42,576 bases of DNA from a virus (Duplodnaviria > Caudoviricetes), in the IMG/VR virus record IMGVR_UViG_3300032272_000029, positions 1-42,576 of that record, one strand, 5' to 3'. The position numbers were made by a program, and so were the translations under genes. The notes beneath the pieces were generated by a model. It did no database searches and was not told where the DNA came from. It saw only the letters and a list, made by a program, of their open reading frames with translations. Shown here piece after piece: positions 7,441 through 15,965 of this stretch; the first letter of the stretch is position 1, and every line of letters starts with the position of its first letter.

Positions 7441-8185
7441 CACGGTCAAGGGTTTCATTGAGGACAACAAGGCTGAGATCCTCAAGCGAATCCCCAAGCA
7501 CCTGAACGCAGAGCGCATGGTCAGTGTGCTCATGGGTGTAGCTAACACGCCGGGCCTGCAGAAGTGTAGCCCTATGTCCTTGCTCCAGTCGCTAGTGCAG
7601 GCGGGGCAGCTGGGGTTGCAGGTGAACCAGTTCAACAGCTGCTTCCTGATCCCCTACGGTAAAGAGTGCAAGCTCATTATCGGTTACCAGGGCCTCATCC
7701 AGCTGGCCAAGAATAGTGGTGAGCTCGCGGCTGTACATGTCGAGGTGGTGTACGAGCACGATAACTTCGTGCGCTCGGAGACTGCGCTCGAGCATAGCTG
7801 GGAGCCGTTCGAGGACGACCGGGGCAAGGCTGTTGGTGCCTACTGTATTCTCGAACTGAAGAACGGGTCGAAGCAGTACGAGACCATGAGCGTGAAGCAG
7901 ATCGAGAAGATCCGCACAGCCAGCAAGGGTGGCAAGGTGTGGAAGGACCACTGGGAGGAGATGGCGAAGAAGACTGTTGTTCGCCGTGCTCTCAAGAAAC
8001 TATCCCTCAACCCTGAGGTTATCCAGACAATCACCGAGTCGGACAATGCTGAGTTCGATAAGGGCCCGGTGGTGCGTAGCGTGAAGCTCGGAGCTGACGC
8101 GTTGCTTGCAGAGGTGAGTGAGGAACCGGAGATCGAAGTGGATCCGGCAACTGGGGAAGTAATACCGGATCATGTGGGGACGTAA
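7406..8185 (+). CDS. recT: RecT-family single-strand annealing recombinase
   Basis: LQKCSPMSLL, LIPYG, LIIGYQGLIQLA, W..HWEEMAKKTVVRRALK. Start ATG at 7406 after gaggagg. Confidence 0.93.
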   Translation: MNNQVAKKTTGSTVKGFIEDNKAEILKRIPKHLNAERMVSVLMGVANTPGLQKCSPMSLLQSLVQAGQLGLQVNQFNSCFLIPYGKECKLIIGYQGLIQLAKNSGELAAVHVEVVYEHDNFVRSETALEHSWEPFEDDRGKAVGAYCILELKNGSKQYETMSVKQIEKIRTASKGGKVWKDHWEEMAKKTVVRRALKKLSLNPEVIQTITESDNAEFDKGPVVRSVKLGADALLAEVSEEPEIEVDPATGEVIPDHVGT

Positions 8186-8373
8186 TGGCTAACACAATCA
8201 ACAACTTCGTCCGGGCGCAGCGGATCTCAAAGAAGGTGCGGTCTACCTACGAGGTCATGAATAGCTTTGACCGCATGAACCTGGTCCGCCTGGTCAAGGA
8301 CGAGCTCGACGCTATCGACGATAAGTACAAAGAGAGGTTGTTGGAAGAAGCTCGGCAGGAGGAGGCGCTGTGA
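8185..8373 (+). CDS. Hypothetical protein
   Basis: TAATG coupling to RecT. Confidence 0.65.
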   Translation: MANTINNFVRAQRISKKVRSTYEVMNSFDRMNLVRLVKDELDAIDDKYKERLLEEARQEEAL

Positions 8374-8789
8374 GCTGTCTCAAGTGCAGAGGAATCCCAC
8401 CGGGTAACTACTGCGTGACGTGCGGGAAGTTCTCACCTCCGTTCCCTGACCACAGCATTAGGGAGGCGTTCATTGAGGACGTTCTAGCTAAGCAAGACCC
8501 ACACCCGCGGTCAGCAGAGGAGAGCCTTGCCCGCTCGGAGCGGTACGCGCAAAGCGCTTGGGTTAAAGACGTGATCCGCGGGGCGTCTGAGCAGAAGCTG
8601 TGGGACGAGTACTCCCGCGCTGGAGGTGTGCGGCTGCGTCATGACGACGGTGGCCACATGACCACGGATAGCGAAACGAAGGAGTACATCTACGACTTCT
8701 TCGAGAAGGTGCCCGACACGGTAGTGGAGCTGAACTGGGCAGGTACTACGTGGAGGCTGATTAGCAGAGGAGAGCGGTATGACGACTGA
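8370..8789 (+). CDS. Hypothetical protein with N-terminal zinc ribbon
   Basis: CLKC...CVTCG; SD ggaggagg. Confidence 0.7.
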   Translation: MSCLKCRGIPPGNYCVTCGKFSPPFPDHSIREAFIEDVLAKQDPHPRSAEESLARSERYAQSAWVKDVIRGASEQKLWDEYSRAGGVRLRHDDGGHMTTDSETKEYIYDFFEKVPDTVVELNWAGTTWRLISRGERYDD

Positions 8790-8985
8790 CGATACCATGA
8801 GCTACTCGGAGTACAAACAGAGGGCTAAACCGAAGCGATCCCGTCGAGGTGGGGTCCAGCTTAACTTCACAGTCTCGCCTGAGATTAAGGAGTTCCTTAA
8901 GGCTGAGGCTCTCGCCAACGACAAGCTCTTAAGGAAACACCTTGCCGAGATACTCACCTCGTACGTGAGCAAGAGGAGGGTGTGA
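8779..8985 (+). CDS. Ribbon-helix-helix (Arc/CopG-like) DNA-binding protein
   Basis: VQLNFTVSPEIKEFLKAEA...LRKHLAEILTSYV. Confidence 0.7.
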   Translation: MTTDDTMSYSEYKQRAKPKRSRRGGVQLNFTVSPEIKEFLKAEALANDKLLRKHLAEILTSYVSKRRV

Positions 8986-9221
8986 TGGAAAAGCGCAGCA
9001 AGTGTGACAAGTGTGGTATCCGGCGCAAGACTATGCGGTCCAGACTCAGAATGGAGAGCGGGCGGTCGCTAGTTATTACCGGCGAGCGGTGCCCCAGGTG
9101 TGAAAGCAAGCCCAAGCTAGAAGACTCCGGGCTCGACTGCTTCCACCTGTGGAATGAGAACGGTGAGATTGTAGGCTCCACCAACTACTGGCCAGGGCAA
9201 GAGGAGGAGAAGGATGACTAG
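8982..9221 (+). CDS. Small Cys-containing hypothetical protein
   Basis: CDKC...CPRC. Confidence 0.65.
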   Translation: MMEKRSKCDKCGIRRKTMRSRLRMESGRSLVITGERCPRCESKPKLEDSGLDCFHLWNENGEIVGSTNYWPGQEEEKDD

Positions 9222-9579
9222 ACTAATCACAGCGGCACTACTGGTAGCACTACTGAGTGGGTGCGTACAACTACGGAGCTCCGACCGAATCATGCTGAAG
9301 GAGTTGAGACACTACGGGATTGAGGAGCAGAGCGAGGGTACTAAGAGTGTGCCCCTTGCGGCGGCGCTGAACATCCTCCCTGGGTTCGGCAACATCTACC
9401 TGAACCAGTGGGGCCCGTTCATTGTCAACCTGCTGGTCTGGCCCTACTCGGTTGTGTGGGGTGTGCCTCAGGCTGCGATAGACGCAGGCAACATTAACCG
9501 GATCGATACCGTTGAGCACTACAGCTCGGTTGTTGGTAAGCGGCAGCTCGAGAAGATTAAGGCGGAGGTGGGAGAATGA
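9214..9579 (+). CDS. Lipoprotein with TM2-like membrane domain
   Basis: Lipobox LLSGC; KSVPLAAALNILPGFGNIYLNQWG resembles a TM2-type hairpin. Confidence 0.75.
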   Translation: MTRLITAALLVALLSGCVQLRSSDRIMLKELRHYGIEEQSEGTKSVPLAAALNILPGFGNIYLNQWGPFIVNLLVWPYSVVWGVPQAAIDAGNINRIDTVEHYSSVVGKRQLEKIKAEVGE

Positions 9580-9884
9580 CGCACGAGACCTGCCTCAACT
9601 GCGGCGTAACTTTCGGACCCAACTCGCACGGCAAGTCGACCGCCCTGGAGTTGGAGCTCATGTCAACCTGCGCTGGGCTAGAGCACGAGCTCAAGTGTGC
9701 ACGGGAGACCACTGCTGAATGCTTGGAAGTCATAGCGGAGGCCTTTAAGCGGCAGGAGAGTGCGTGGCTAAGGGAGAAGGGTGCCTTTGAGATGGAGATA
9801 CAGCGCCTGAAGTTTGACCTCAAGACCCTGCAGAGTGAGCCAGACAGGAGTCAGGAGAGCGACTACCGCGAGGGTGGTATCTAA
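9576..9884 (+). CDS. Hypothetical protein (CxxC plus coiled coil)
   Basis: ATGA coupling; last gene of the early block. Confidence 0.7.
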   Translation: MTHETCLNCGVTFGPNSHGKSTALELELMSTCAGLEHELKCARETTAECLEVIAEAFKRQESAWLREKGAFEMEIQRLKFDLKTLQSEPDRSQESDYREGGI

Positions 9885-9924
9885 AAATACGGGGGAGGTA
9901 GGTTGGAAGGACCACCTCCCCCGT
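9884..9924 (-). terminator. GC-rich 11-bp hairpin with a T-run on the minus strand
   Basis: acgggggaggt (9889-9899) pairs with acctcccccgt (9914-9924); preceded by taaaaat on the + strand. Confidence 0.55.
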
Positions 9925-9983
9925 CGCAACTTGTGCTCCGGGTCTGGAGCTGAGGCCAGGAAGGCCGTGTGTGGGTCAGGCAA

Positions 9984-10012
9984 TTGACTGCGCAGAGGGG
10001 TTATGTTAAATT
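9984..10012 (+). promoter_or_regulatory. Sigma70-type promoter for the replication operon, with overlapping inverted repeat
   Basis: TTGACT-17 nt-TAAATT with an extended TGn; inverted repeat aggggtta/taacccct spans the -10. Confidence 0.65.
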
Positions 10013-10177
10013 AACCCCTGATAGGCAATGCGGTACCAACGCAACGCCTCAACCGCAGCTAGCAACGCTCAGAGAGGAGCGTGTGAATGCCTGAACCTCC
10101 AGGGTACCACCGATTTATTTGAAATTCCAGGAGCCTGGCTCCAACACCATCCACCGTTCCACATTTAGGAGTTCCTA

Positions 10178-10519
10178 ATGCACGAAGACAATGAACTTTT
10201 CTACCTCCTCCCGAGAGAACTCATCATGGGTGAGGGCCGCGAGTTAACGGACGCCGAGTACCGAGTATTGGTCTACATCTACGCCCATCTAAATGAAGAT
10301 GACGAGGTTGGGCGGGGGCAGGCTGTTCTTACCCTAAAACAAATCACAAGGGCTACCGGCATGGAAGAGGAGATGCGCGTCCAGGGCTTGATCTACAGCC
10401 TCGAGCAAGCCCATTTCCTCGATGAGGAGGGCACTACAGGAGCCCCACTAGGGGCCCCCGTGACCTACCTCCACGGCAGCCGGCTCCCTCGACTACTGCC
10501 GGAAAGCAAGGTGCAATGA
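10178..10519 (+). CDS. Winged-helix protein resembling a replication-initiator N-terminus
   Basis: FYLLPRELI...LTDAEYRVLVYI...TLKQITRATGM...LEQAHFL; SD aggag. Confidence 0.75.
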   Translation: MHEDNELFYLLPRELIMGEGRELTDAEYRVLVYIYAHLNEDDEVGRGQAVLTLKQITRATGMEEEMRVQGLIYSLEQAHFLDEEGTTGAPLGAPVTYLHGSRLPRLLPESKVQ

Positions 10520-11412
10520 AGAGGAACTATGGCTTGGGTTGGTGGAATGGGGTGACGGTAGCCCTCTGCAGGACTCCGGTCTTGACGACAATGGAGTTTC
10601 GAATCTTCCTCCATATTTTGGCGTGCACCCAACAGAAGCGCCCGGTCCTTCCCACATTCGCCACCATTAAGCGCGAGACTGGGGTCTCAAACGGCAGTGT
10701 CCGGAGGGCTATCTCCGCCCTTGAGTCAAAGGGGTTCCTCAAAGTCAGCCGATCTAAATCAGAAGACGGGAGTAACGCCCCCAACGTCTATGAATTCGGC
10801 CCAAGCTACGATCCAGACGGGCATGGTGGGTGGGTTCATGATGAGACCACCCCCTTGCCCGGTCGGGTCCATGACAGAGCCACCCCCCAGGTCCATGACG
10901 AGACCGTAAGAGATGAGAGTATAGAAGAAGAGATAACTACTACCCCACCTAAAGAGGAGAAGGTCAGCCGCCCCCCCGGCTCCGCCGCGGCTGACAAGGT
11001 TAAGAGTTGGTGGAACAACGAGGTCGCTATACACGACCCCCGCATAAGGAAGATGGTCCGCTGCTCCAAGATCCAACTGGCTGGGCTAAAGAAGCAGCTT
11101 GAGGAGTTTCCGGACATCCGAGAGCAGTTCCCGCCACTGGTCGCTAACGGACTACTGGACTGGGTTTTCGATGGGAAGTTCGGGAAGTGGTTTAACTTCA
11201 ACAGCTTCTTCACTAAGGGCGAGGCTAGCGCGACCAAGATAGCAAAGCTCCTTGAGGGCACCTACACCAACGAGCCAGGCTCTACGCCTACCGGGCACGA
11301 CTACAGCGAGCAGAAGGAGGACCCGGAGCTAGCGGCTCACCTGGACCGCCAGATGGCGAAGGCTGAGCAGCAGCGAGAGAACCGCAGGAGAGCGCGAGAG
11401 GCGGCAGGCTAG
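10516..11412 (+). CDS. Replication initiator (lambda O-like, N-terminal HTH)
   Basis: LTTMEFRIFL...PTFATIKRETGVSNGSVRRAISALESKGFL...N-x-Y; internal iterons; upstream of DnaB. Confidence 0.85.
   Translation: MKRNYGLGWWNGVTVALCRTPVLTTMEFRIFLHILACTQQKRPVLPTFATIKRETGVSNGSVRRAISALESKGFLKVSRSKSEDGSNAPNVYEFGPSYDPDGHGGWVHDETTPLPGRVHDRATPQVHDETVRDESIEEEITTTPPKEEKVSRPPGSAAADKVKSWWNNEVAIHDPRIRKMVRCSKIQLAGLKKQLEEFPDIREQFPPLVANGLLDWVFDGKFGKWFNFNSFFTKGEASATKIAKLLEGTYTNEPGSTPTGHDYSEQKEDPELAAHLDRQMAKAEQQRENRRRAREAAG
10832..10945. repeat. Putative replication origin: three iterons plus a purine/A-rich tract
   Basis: gggttcatgatgagaccacccc (10832), gggtccatgacagagccacccc (10865), aggtccatgacgagacc (10889), then agagatgagagtatagaagaagagataac. 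Confidence 0.7.
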
Positions 11413-11633
11413 TGGATGCTGAGGCCCGAGCTGACCTAGCTGAGGCGGAGGTATCCCGGCTGATCCTGGCGCTCAAGGCCCTGCAGCACAGCGCGGTGAC
11501 GATGCACATTGGGTGCGACCGGTATGTGGGAGCCACCAACAAGTTCCTCTGGGAGAAGGTGAAGCGGTTGGAGCTCAAGATCTGCAACCAGAAGAAGGAA
11601 CTAGCGAGGCTTAACAATGCCCCGAGACGTTGA
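11412..11633 (+). CDS. Small coiled-coil hypothetical protein
   Basis: Coupled between initiator and helicase. Confidence 0.6.
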   Translation: MDAEARADLAEAEVSRLILALKALQHSAVTMHIGCDRYVGATNKFLWEKVKRLELKICNQKKELARLNNAPRR

Positions 11634-12900
11634 AGAGCTGGTGCTAGGTGGACTTATGTGCGCCGGCCTAGACGCTGCCAGCAACCTCCACCTCATGGAT
11701 GAGGACGACTTCCCACATATGGGGGACCAGTTTCTAGAGGTCCGAGACTCTATCAGGGAGCACGGGGCTGTCTCCATGCGGCTCTGGGACAAGTACGAGG
11801 GCCTCATGAAGAAGGCGGAGGAGGCTCAGTTCAGCTCGTCTCTGATGCCGATCTGGGTGGGGGAACTGAAGCGGCATGCCTACGCACACACGTCAAGGGT
11901 CCTAGGAGAGCGCCTGTTGGACGCGTGCAAGTCAGGCGACACGGAAGTCGTGGAGGACTGCGTGCGTCGATTACGGGACGTGCCAGCCCCCTCAGGGGCA
12001 ACGCAGGGAAATAAGACGGGTGAGGAGTTGCTCCTGGCGTGGCAAGACATGGTCTCAGAGAGGGACCAGTTCGGGAGAGTTCCCACCGGGGTCAGATCCC
12101 TGGATCGGAAGCTCGGAGGAGGGCTTACCTATGGTGAACTGTTCCTTATTTGTGCCCGCACAGGAATCGGCAAGAGTTCCTTCCTGTACCAGATGGTTGT
12201 CGAGGTGTGCATCCGTAGCGAGATCCCGGCTGCGTTCTTCAGCCTCGAGATCCTCAAGGAGGAGGTGGTTGAGCTTGTCGCAAAGTCCAACTGCTCCTGG
12301 GACAACAACACCCCGGACGACGAGCTCACCTGCAACGTGGGGGCTGTCGCCATGGCTCCGCTGTGGATTAACGACGAGGTCAGGACACTAGAGGACCTTT
12401 TGTCCCAAGCTAGGCACCTCATAAATAAGCAGGGCGTGAGGGTCATCTTCTTAGATTACGCGCAAAAGCTGGAGCTTAAAGGCAGGCCCACCGCGCAGGA
12501 CTACGAGAAGATTTCCGCTATCGCCAGCCAGCTGAAGACACTCACCCTCGACTACAAGGTGATTGTGGTAGCCGCGGCGCAGGTGAACCGGGGAGCTGCC
12601 CAGACACAGGGCAAGGACAAGGACCCAGGGCCACCGGGGCTTCACCAAATTAAGGGGTCGGGGGCTCTGGAGCAGGACGCCAACATTGTGGCCATGCTCC
12701 ACCGCCCACCCTACTACGACGAATTTAAAGAGAAGGACTACCCTGAAGAAGCTTATGTCTACCTACGAAAGTGCCGGCGCGCTCTGCCTGGGAAAATCTC
12801 AGTCCTCTGGAAGGGGACGTGCCAGAGGCTGGAGCCGTGGAAAGAACGAGAGGTCCCGGGGGAGGGATTCGATGACCACTACCAGCGACACGATAACTAG
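11617..12900 (+). CDS. dnaB: DnaB-like replicative helicase
   Basis: Walker A ARTGIGKS, FFSLE, IFLDYAQ, AAQVNR, KGSGALEQDAN. Confidence 0.93.
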   Translation: MPRDVEELVLGGLMCAGLDAASNLHLMDEDDFPHMGDQFLEVRDSIREHGAVSMRLWDKYEGLMKKAEEAQFSSSLMPIWVGELKRHAYAHTSRVLGERLLDACKSGDTEVVEDCVRRLRDVPAPSGATQGNKTGEELLLAWQDMVSERDQFGRVPTGVRSLDRKLGGGLTYGELFLICARTGIGKSSFLYQMVVEVCIRSEIPAAFFSLEILKEEVVELVAKSNCSWDNNTPDDELTCNVGAVAMAPLWINDEVRTLEDLLSQARHLINKQGVRVIFLDYAQKLELKGRPTAQDYEKISAIASQLKTLTLDYKVIVVAAAQVNRGAAQTQGKDKDPGPPGLHQIKGSGALEQDANIVAMLHRPPYYDEFKEKDYPEEAYVYLRKCRRALPGKISVLWKGTCQRLEPWKEREVPGEGFDDHYQRHDN

Positions 12901-12985
12901 CGTCGGGATGCTGCTCGCAGGTTTCGGGCTAGCAATGTTTGGGTTGGCAGTTTTGATCGGAGCACTAGGAGAGGTGTTTGGATGA
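12872..12985 (+). CDS. Small single-TM peptide
   Basis: ATG at 12872 after ggaggg; VGMLLAGFGLAMFGLAVLIGAL. Confidence 0.55.
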   Translation: MTTTSDTITSVGMLLAGFGLAMFGLAVLIGALGEVFG

Positions 12986-13350
12986 GCAAACCTCGTTGGA
13001 CGCACAAGAAGCACGGGGCTGGTGTGGAAAGCTACGCCTTGGAGTTGGACGAGACTCAGTACACGCGCCTAGTGGACTACCTCGAGGAGAACGGCTGGGA
13101 TCTCGAGGACTCCACCATGGACACAGACGGGAACGCTGCTGTCTTCACCAGGAGCGGTGGCCGGGTCGGGTTGTACGAGAAGCAAGAGCAAGGAAAGTAC
13201 CTCGTTGTTCACGAGGCCGAGCACAAGACCAAAGTGCGGGCCTCTATCATGAAGGGCGTTCGCCCTAAGCCTAAGCCAAGGATTAAGCGGTACTGTCCCA
13301 CTTGCGGGAACGAAGGAGGAGAGAGTGGATTCTGTGAAGCGCACGAGTAA
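12982..13350 (+). CDS. Hypothetical protein with C-terminal zinc ribbon
   Basis: CPTCG...CEAH; ATGA coupling. Confidence 0.7.
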   Translation: MSKPRWTHKKHGAGVESYALELDETQYTRLVDYLEENGWDLEDSTMDTDGNAAVFTRSGGRVGLYEKQEQGKYLVVHEAEHKTKVRASIMKGVRPKPKPRIKRYCPTCGNEGGESGFCEAHE

Positions 13351-13576
13351 GACGGACCTACTGCTGCCGCTAGCGGTCCTGCTGGCCATAGCGGCGCTGG
13401 CACTGAAGACAATACCGAAACCCCAAGAGCACGAGTACGGCACCTGCAAGGGTATCCACAAGGTCGTGCCCGAGGTGCCATTCAGGGAGGAACCGTTCAG
13501 GAAAGTATCGCACCACCCAGACCCGCCGGAGAGTGGCATGGATTACTGCGAGTTCATTGAGGAGGAGGGCAAATGA
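13325..13576 (+). CDS. Membrane-anchored hypothetical protein
   Basis: LLLPLAVLLAIAALAL helix. Confidence 0.6.
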   Translation: MDSVKRTSKTDLLLPLAVLLAIAALALKTIPKPQEHEYGTCKGIHKVVPEVPFREEPFRKVSHHPDPPESGMDYCEFIEEEGK

Positions 13577-14436
13577 AGTACCGAACAAAGCCGGGGGTGG
13601 AGGTGGAGAGACAAGAGAGGCATGGTTCACATGGCGAGTGGAGAAAGTTTCAAATAGGGACTGCCACTCACATGATGGGCGTTGCTTCCTTTGAGGATCT
13701 CTTCGAGCCCGTCCCCGAGGAGTACGTTTTCGTTTCACCAGACGGGACCGTCAGGGTGGAGGGGACCGTGGTTACTGTGTCCGACCAGCGCGGCAAGCTG
13801 GTCAACTCGATCGACTCTGAGGGGATAGCAGAGACCCTGTGCTCCTTGAAGTCCAAGCTCGACGAGACCCAGGCTCGCGCGTGTGAGCTGGCTAGCGACA
13901 AGTGCCAGGACCGGGCTTACCGCCTGCAAGCACACCTTCAGCTTGCGGAGGCCGGGCGAGAGCGGCTTCGCAAACACCTCGACAACATATGCCAGGCGCT
14001 GGGTGGGCACGTCATAAAGTTCGACAAGTTCCCTGGGATGATTGAGGAACTGAGGACTGAGCTAAGGGGGTGCTGCAAAGAGAACACCGAGTGGAAGGAG
14101 GTGGCGCTCGACCAATCGCGGAGGCTGGAAAAACTCCAGGCCCTCCTCGACGCCGAGCTGGGTGACCGACCAACCTGTGGCCTTGGACCCACCAACGTTG
14201 ACGGCTGCCGCTGCTTCCGTTGCTCTGAAGTGGAGCTCCGAGAGGTCAAGAAGGAGCGTGACAAGCTGGAGGAGCAGGTGCGAATCGAGGTGGCTTCCGG
14301 CGACAAGTGGTACGTCAAGACTAAGGCTGTTGAGGAGGAGCGCGACAAGTACCGCGCCGCCCTCGAAGAGGTAGCTGAGGCAAACACAGTCTCGCTTTCG
14401 CGTCTACTTGCGAAGTCTGCGCTGGAGGGCAAATGA
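13573..14436 (+). CDS. Mosaic coiled-coil hypothetical protein
   Basis: SD ggaggagg; long heptad stretches. Confidence 0.75.
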   Translation: MKYRTKPGVEVERQERHGSHGEWRKFQIGTATHMMGVASFEDLFEPVPEEYVFVSPDGTVRVEGTVVTVSDQRGKLVNSIDSEGIAETLCSLKSKLDETQARACELASDKCQDRAYRLQAHLQLAEAGRERLRKHLDNICQALGGHVIKFDKFPGMIEELRTELRGCCKENTEWKEVALDQSRRLEKLQALLDAELGDRPTCGLGPTNVDGCRCFRCSEVELREVKKERDKLEEQVRIEVASGDKWYVKTKAVEEERDKYRAALEEVAEANTVSLSRLLAKSALEGK

Positions 14437-14627
14437 AACCCAACGAAACACAGCTCAAGTTCCTGCGTGACTCCGTGGGCAAGGCCAGCATTAAGCAGGG
14501 GGTCATGCCGTATCGACTCAGTCGCCTAACCCCCGTTGGCCTAGAGATCGCTATCACCGCCAGGTACACAAACCCAGGTCTGTACCGAGCCCTGCTCTGG
14601 CCCAACGACAACGACCCGGAGGACTAG
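14433..14627 (+). CDS. Hypothetical protein
   Basis: SD ggaggg; ATGA coupling. Confidence 0.6.
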   Translation: MKPNETQLKFLRDSVGKASIKQGVMPYRLSRLTPVGLEIAITARYTNPGLYRALLWPNDNDPED

Positions 14628-15011
14628 ATGGCTAAGAGGGAGCCACAGAAGTACCGCTGGCCTGTGGTTGAGGGTGAGCAGACTATCACCTGCAAGGACT
14701 GCGAGAAGGAGGTCATAAAGAAGTTCAGCCAGAAGAATGGCACTCTCATCATGGTGGACCCTGACACCAGGTTGGGACACAAGTTCCCCGGCGGGCAGTG
14801 CACAGAGCTGTGGGTCATGCATGAGGAGCAAGGGGCTAAGCGTAGGGCTCAGACCTGTCAGCTCAGCGCCGAGCTCAAGAAGCGGATACGCGACCAGGCT
14901 AACCAGCTGCACTACGTAATGGAGTTACTCGACATGCTTGCCCAACACGTCGGGCTAGACAAGCTACCTAAGCCACCCATTTCGGGTGAGGAAGAGAGGA
15001 CCCCTTTCTAA
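14628..15011 (+). CDS. Hypothetical protein with a Zn-binding-like motif
   Basis: CKDC...KNG...VDPD...H...C. Confidence 0.7.
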   Translation: MAKREPQKYRWPVVEGEQTITCKDCEKEVIKKFSQKNGTLIMVDPDTRLGHKFPGGQCTELWVMHEEQGAKRRAQTCQLSAELKKRIRDQANQLHYVMELLDMLAQHVGLDKLPKPPISGEEERTPF

Positions 15012-15514
15012 TGAAGACAGCTGAAGAGTCATTCGCAGAGGCAGCTGCAGGGAACCACAAGATCGTCGTCCTGAAGGAGTGGGTGGCGGCAACACGCACA
15101 CTCGCCCTGACCGACGCACTCACAGAGGCGGCAGAGCTAGGGGCGGACAAGTTCCTGTGGATCACGAAGGATGTCGAGTGGTTTGTTAGGCACCACCTGC
15201 AGGAGTTCGCTGACGGGCTAGGTGAAACGCTAGAGGTGGAGCGCCGCACGGTAAGTAACGAGGTCTTCCGCGCAACCACCGACACAAAGACCATTCACAT
15301 CCTGGACGCGCACAACATGAACCCCGACGAGCTTAAGGGGTTCGAGCCGGTAGTTACCTACTGGGACTGCCTGCCTACATCCACCCAGTGGAAGCACCTG
15401 CAACGGGGGAGCAAGTTCCACCGCCTGGCTTACCAGCGGGGGTCGGACGCTCACTTTAAGAAGCTACTGAAGGGGGATGTTGTGACGGTCTTAGGGAGCT
15501 CGATACATGGCTGA
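15011..15514 (+). CDS. Hypothetical protein resembling a degenerate terminase ATPase domain
   Basis: TAATG coupling supports the CDS. Motif spacing is terminase-like (see findings); confidence refers to the CDS, not the fold. Confidence 0.7.
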   Translation: MKTAEESFAEAAAGNHKIVVLKEWVAATRTLALTDALTEAAELGADKFLWITKDVEWFVRHHLQEFADGLGETLEVERRTVSNEVFRATTDTKTIHILDAHNMNPDELKGFEPVVTYWDCLPTSTQWKHLQRGSKFHRLAYQRGSDAHFKKLLKGDVVTVLGSSIHG

Positions 15515-15893
15515 GAGCCCGAGTAGCAGAACGATGAAGCTCATGCGTAGCCAAGGGTACCTGTGCGCCGTAGTGGAGAAGTGGATCGAAGCCAGGAAGA
15601 TCCGGCAAGACCTCTACGGTTACATAGACATCCTCGCTATCAAGGGGGCAGAGACTATCGGCATCCAGGCCACAGCCTCAGGAGTCAGCGCCAGGCTGGA
15701 GAAGATCCTGAACCACGAGAACCTTGTGCCCTGGCTAGAGGGCGACTCCCGCCAGTTAGAGATCCACGGGTGGCGCAAGCTCAAGAAGAAGGTGGACGGG
15801 AAGACCTGGGTGCCCAGGATAATAGACGTGTGGATGGACTACGCCGGTGAGATACATCATCGGGAACGAGGGAAGGAGGTGAAGGTGGAGTGA
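15507..15893 (+). CDS. PD-(D/E)XK nuclease (Holliday-junction resolvase-like)
   Basis: RSQGYLCAVVEKW...RQDLYGYIDILAI...IGIQAT...IHGWRK. Confidence 0.8.
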   Translation: MAESPSSRTMKLMRSQGYLCAVVEKWIEARKIRQDLYGYIDILAIKGAETIGIQATASGVSARLEKILNHENLVPWLEGDSRQLEIHGWRKLKKKVDGKTWVPRIIDVWMDYAGEIHHRERGKEVKVE

Positions 15894-15927
15894 GTCAACA
15901 GCGGCCCTGTCCAAAGAGCGGTTGTTA

Positions 15928-15965
15928 CTGGGGGACAAGCCTGGCAGCTCACCCCCCAGGTTTTT
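15928..15965 (+). terminator. Intrinsic terminator at the convergence of the two arms
   Basis: ctggggg...cccccag followed by gttttt. Confidence 0.65.

Noticed and set aside
9885-10177. tRNA or tmRNA in the intergenic gaps
   Set aside because: No T-loop GTTCRA with cloverleaf geometry was found here or in 41643-42449.
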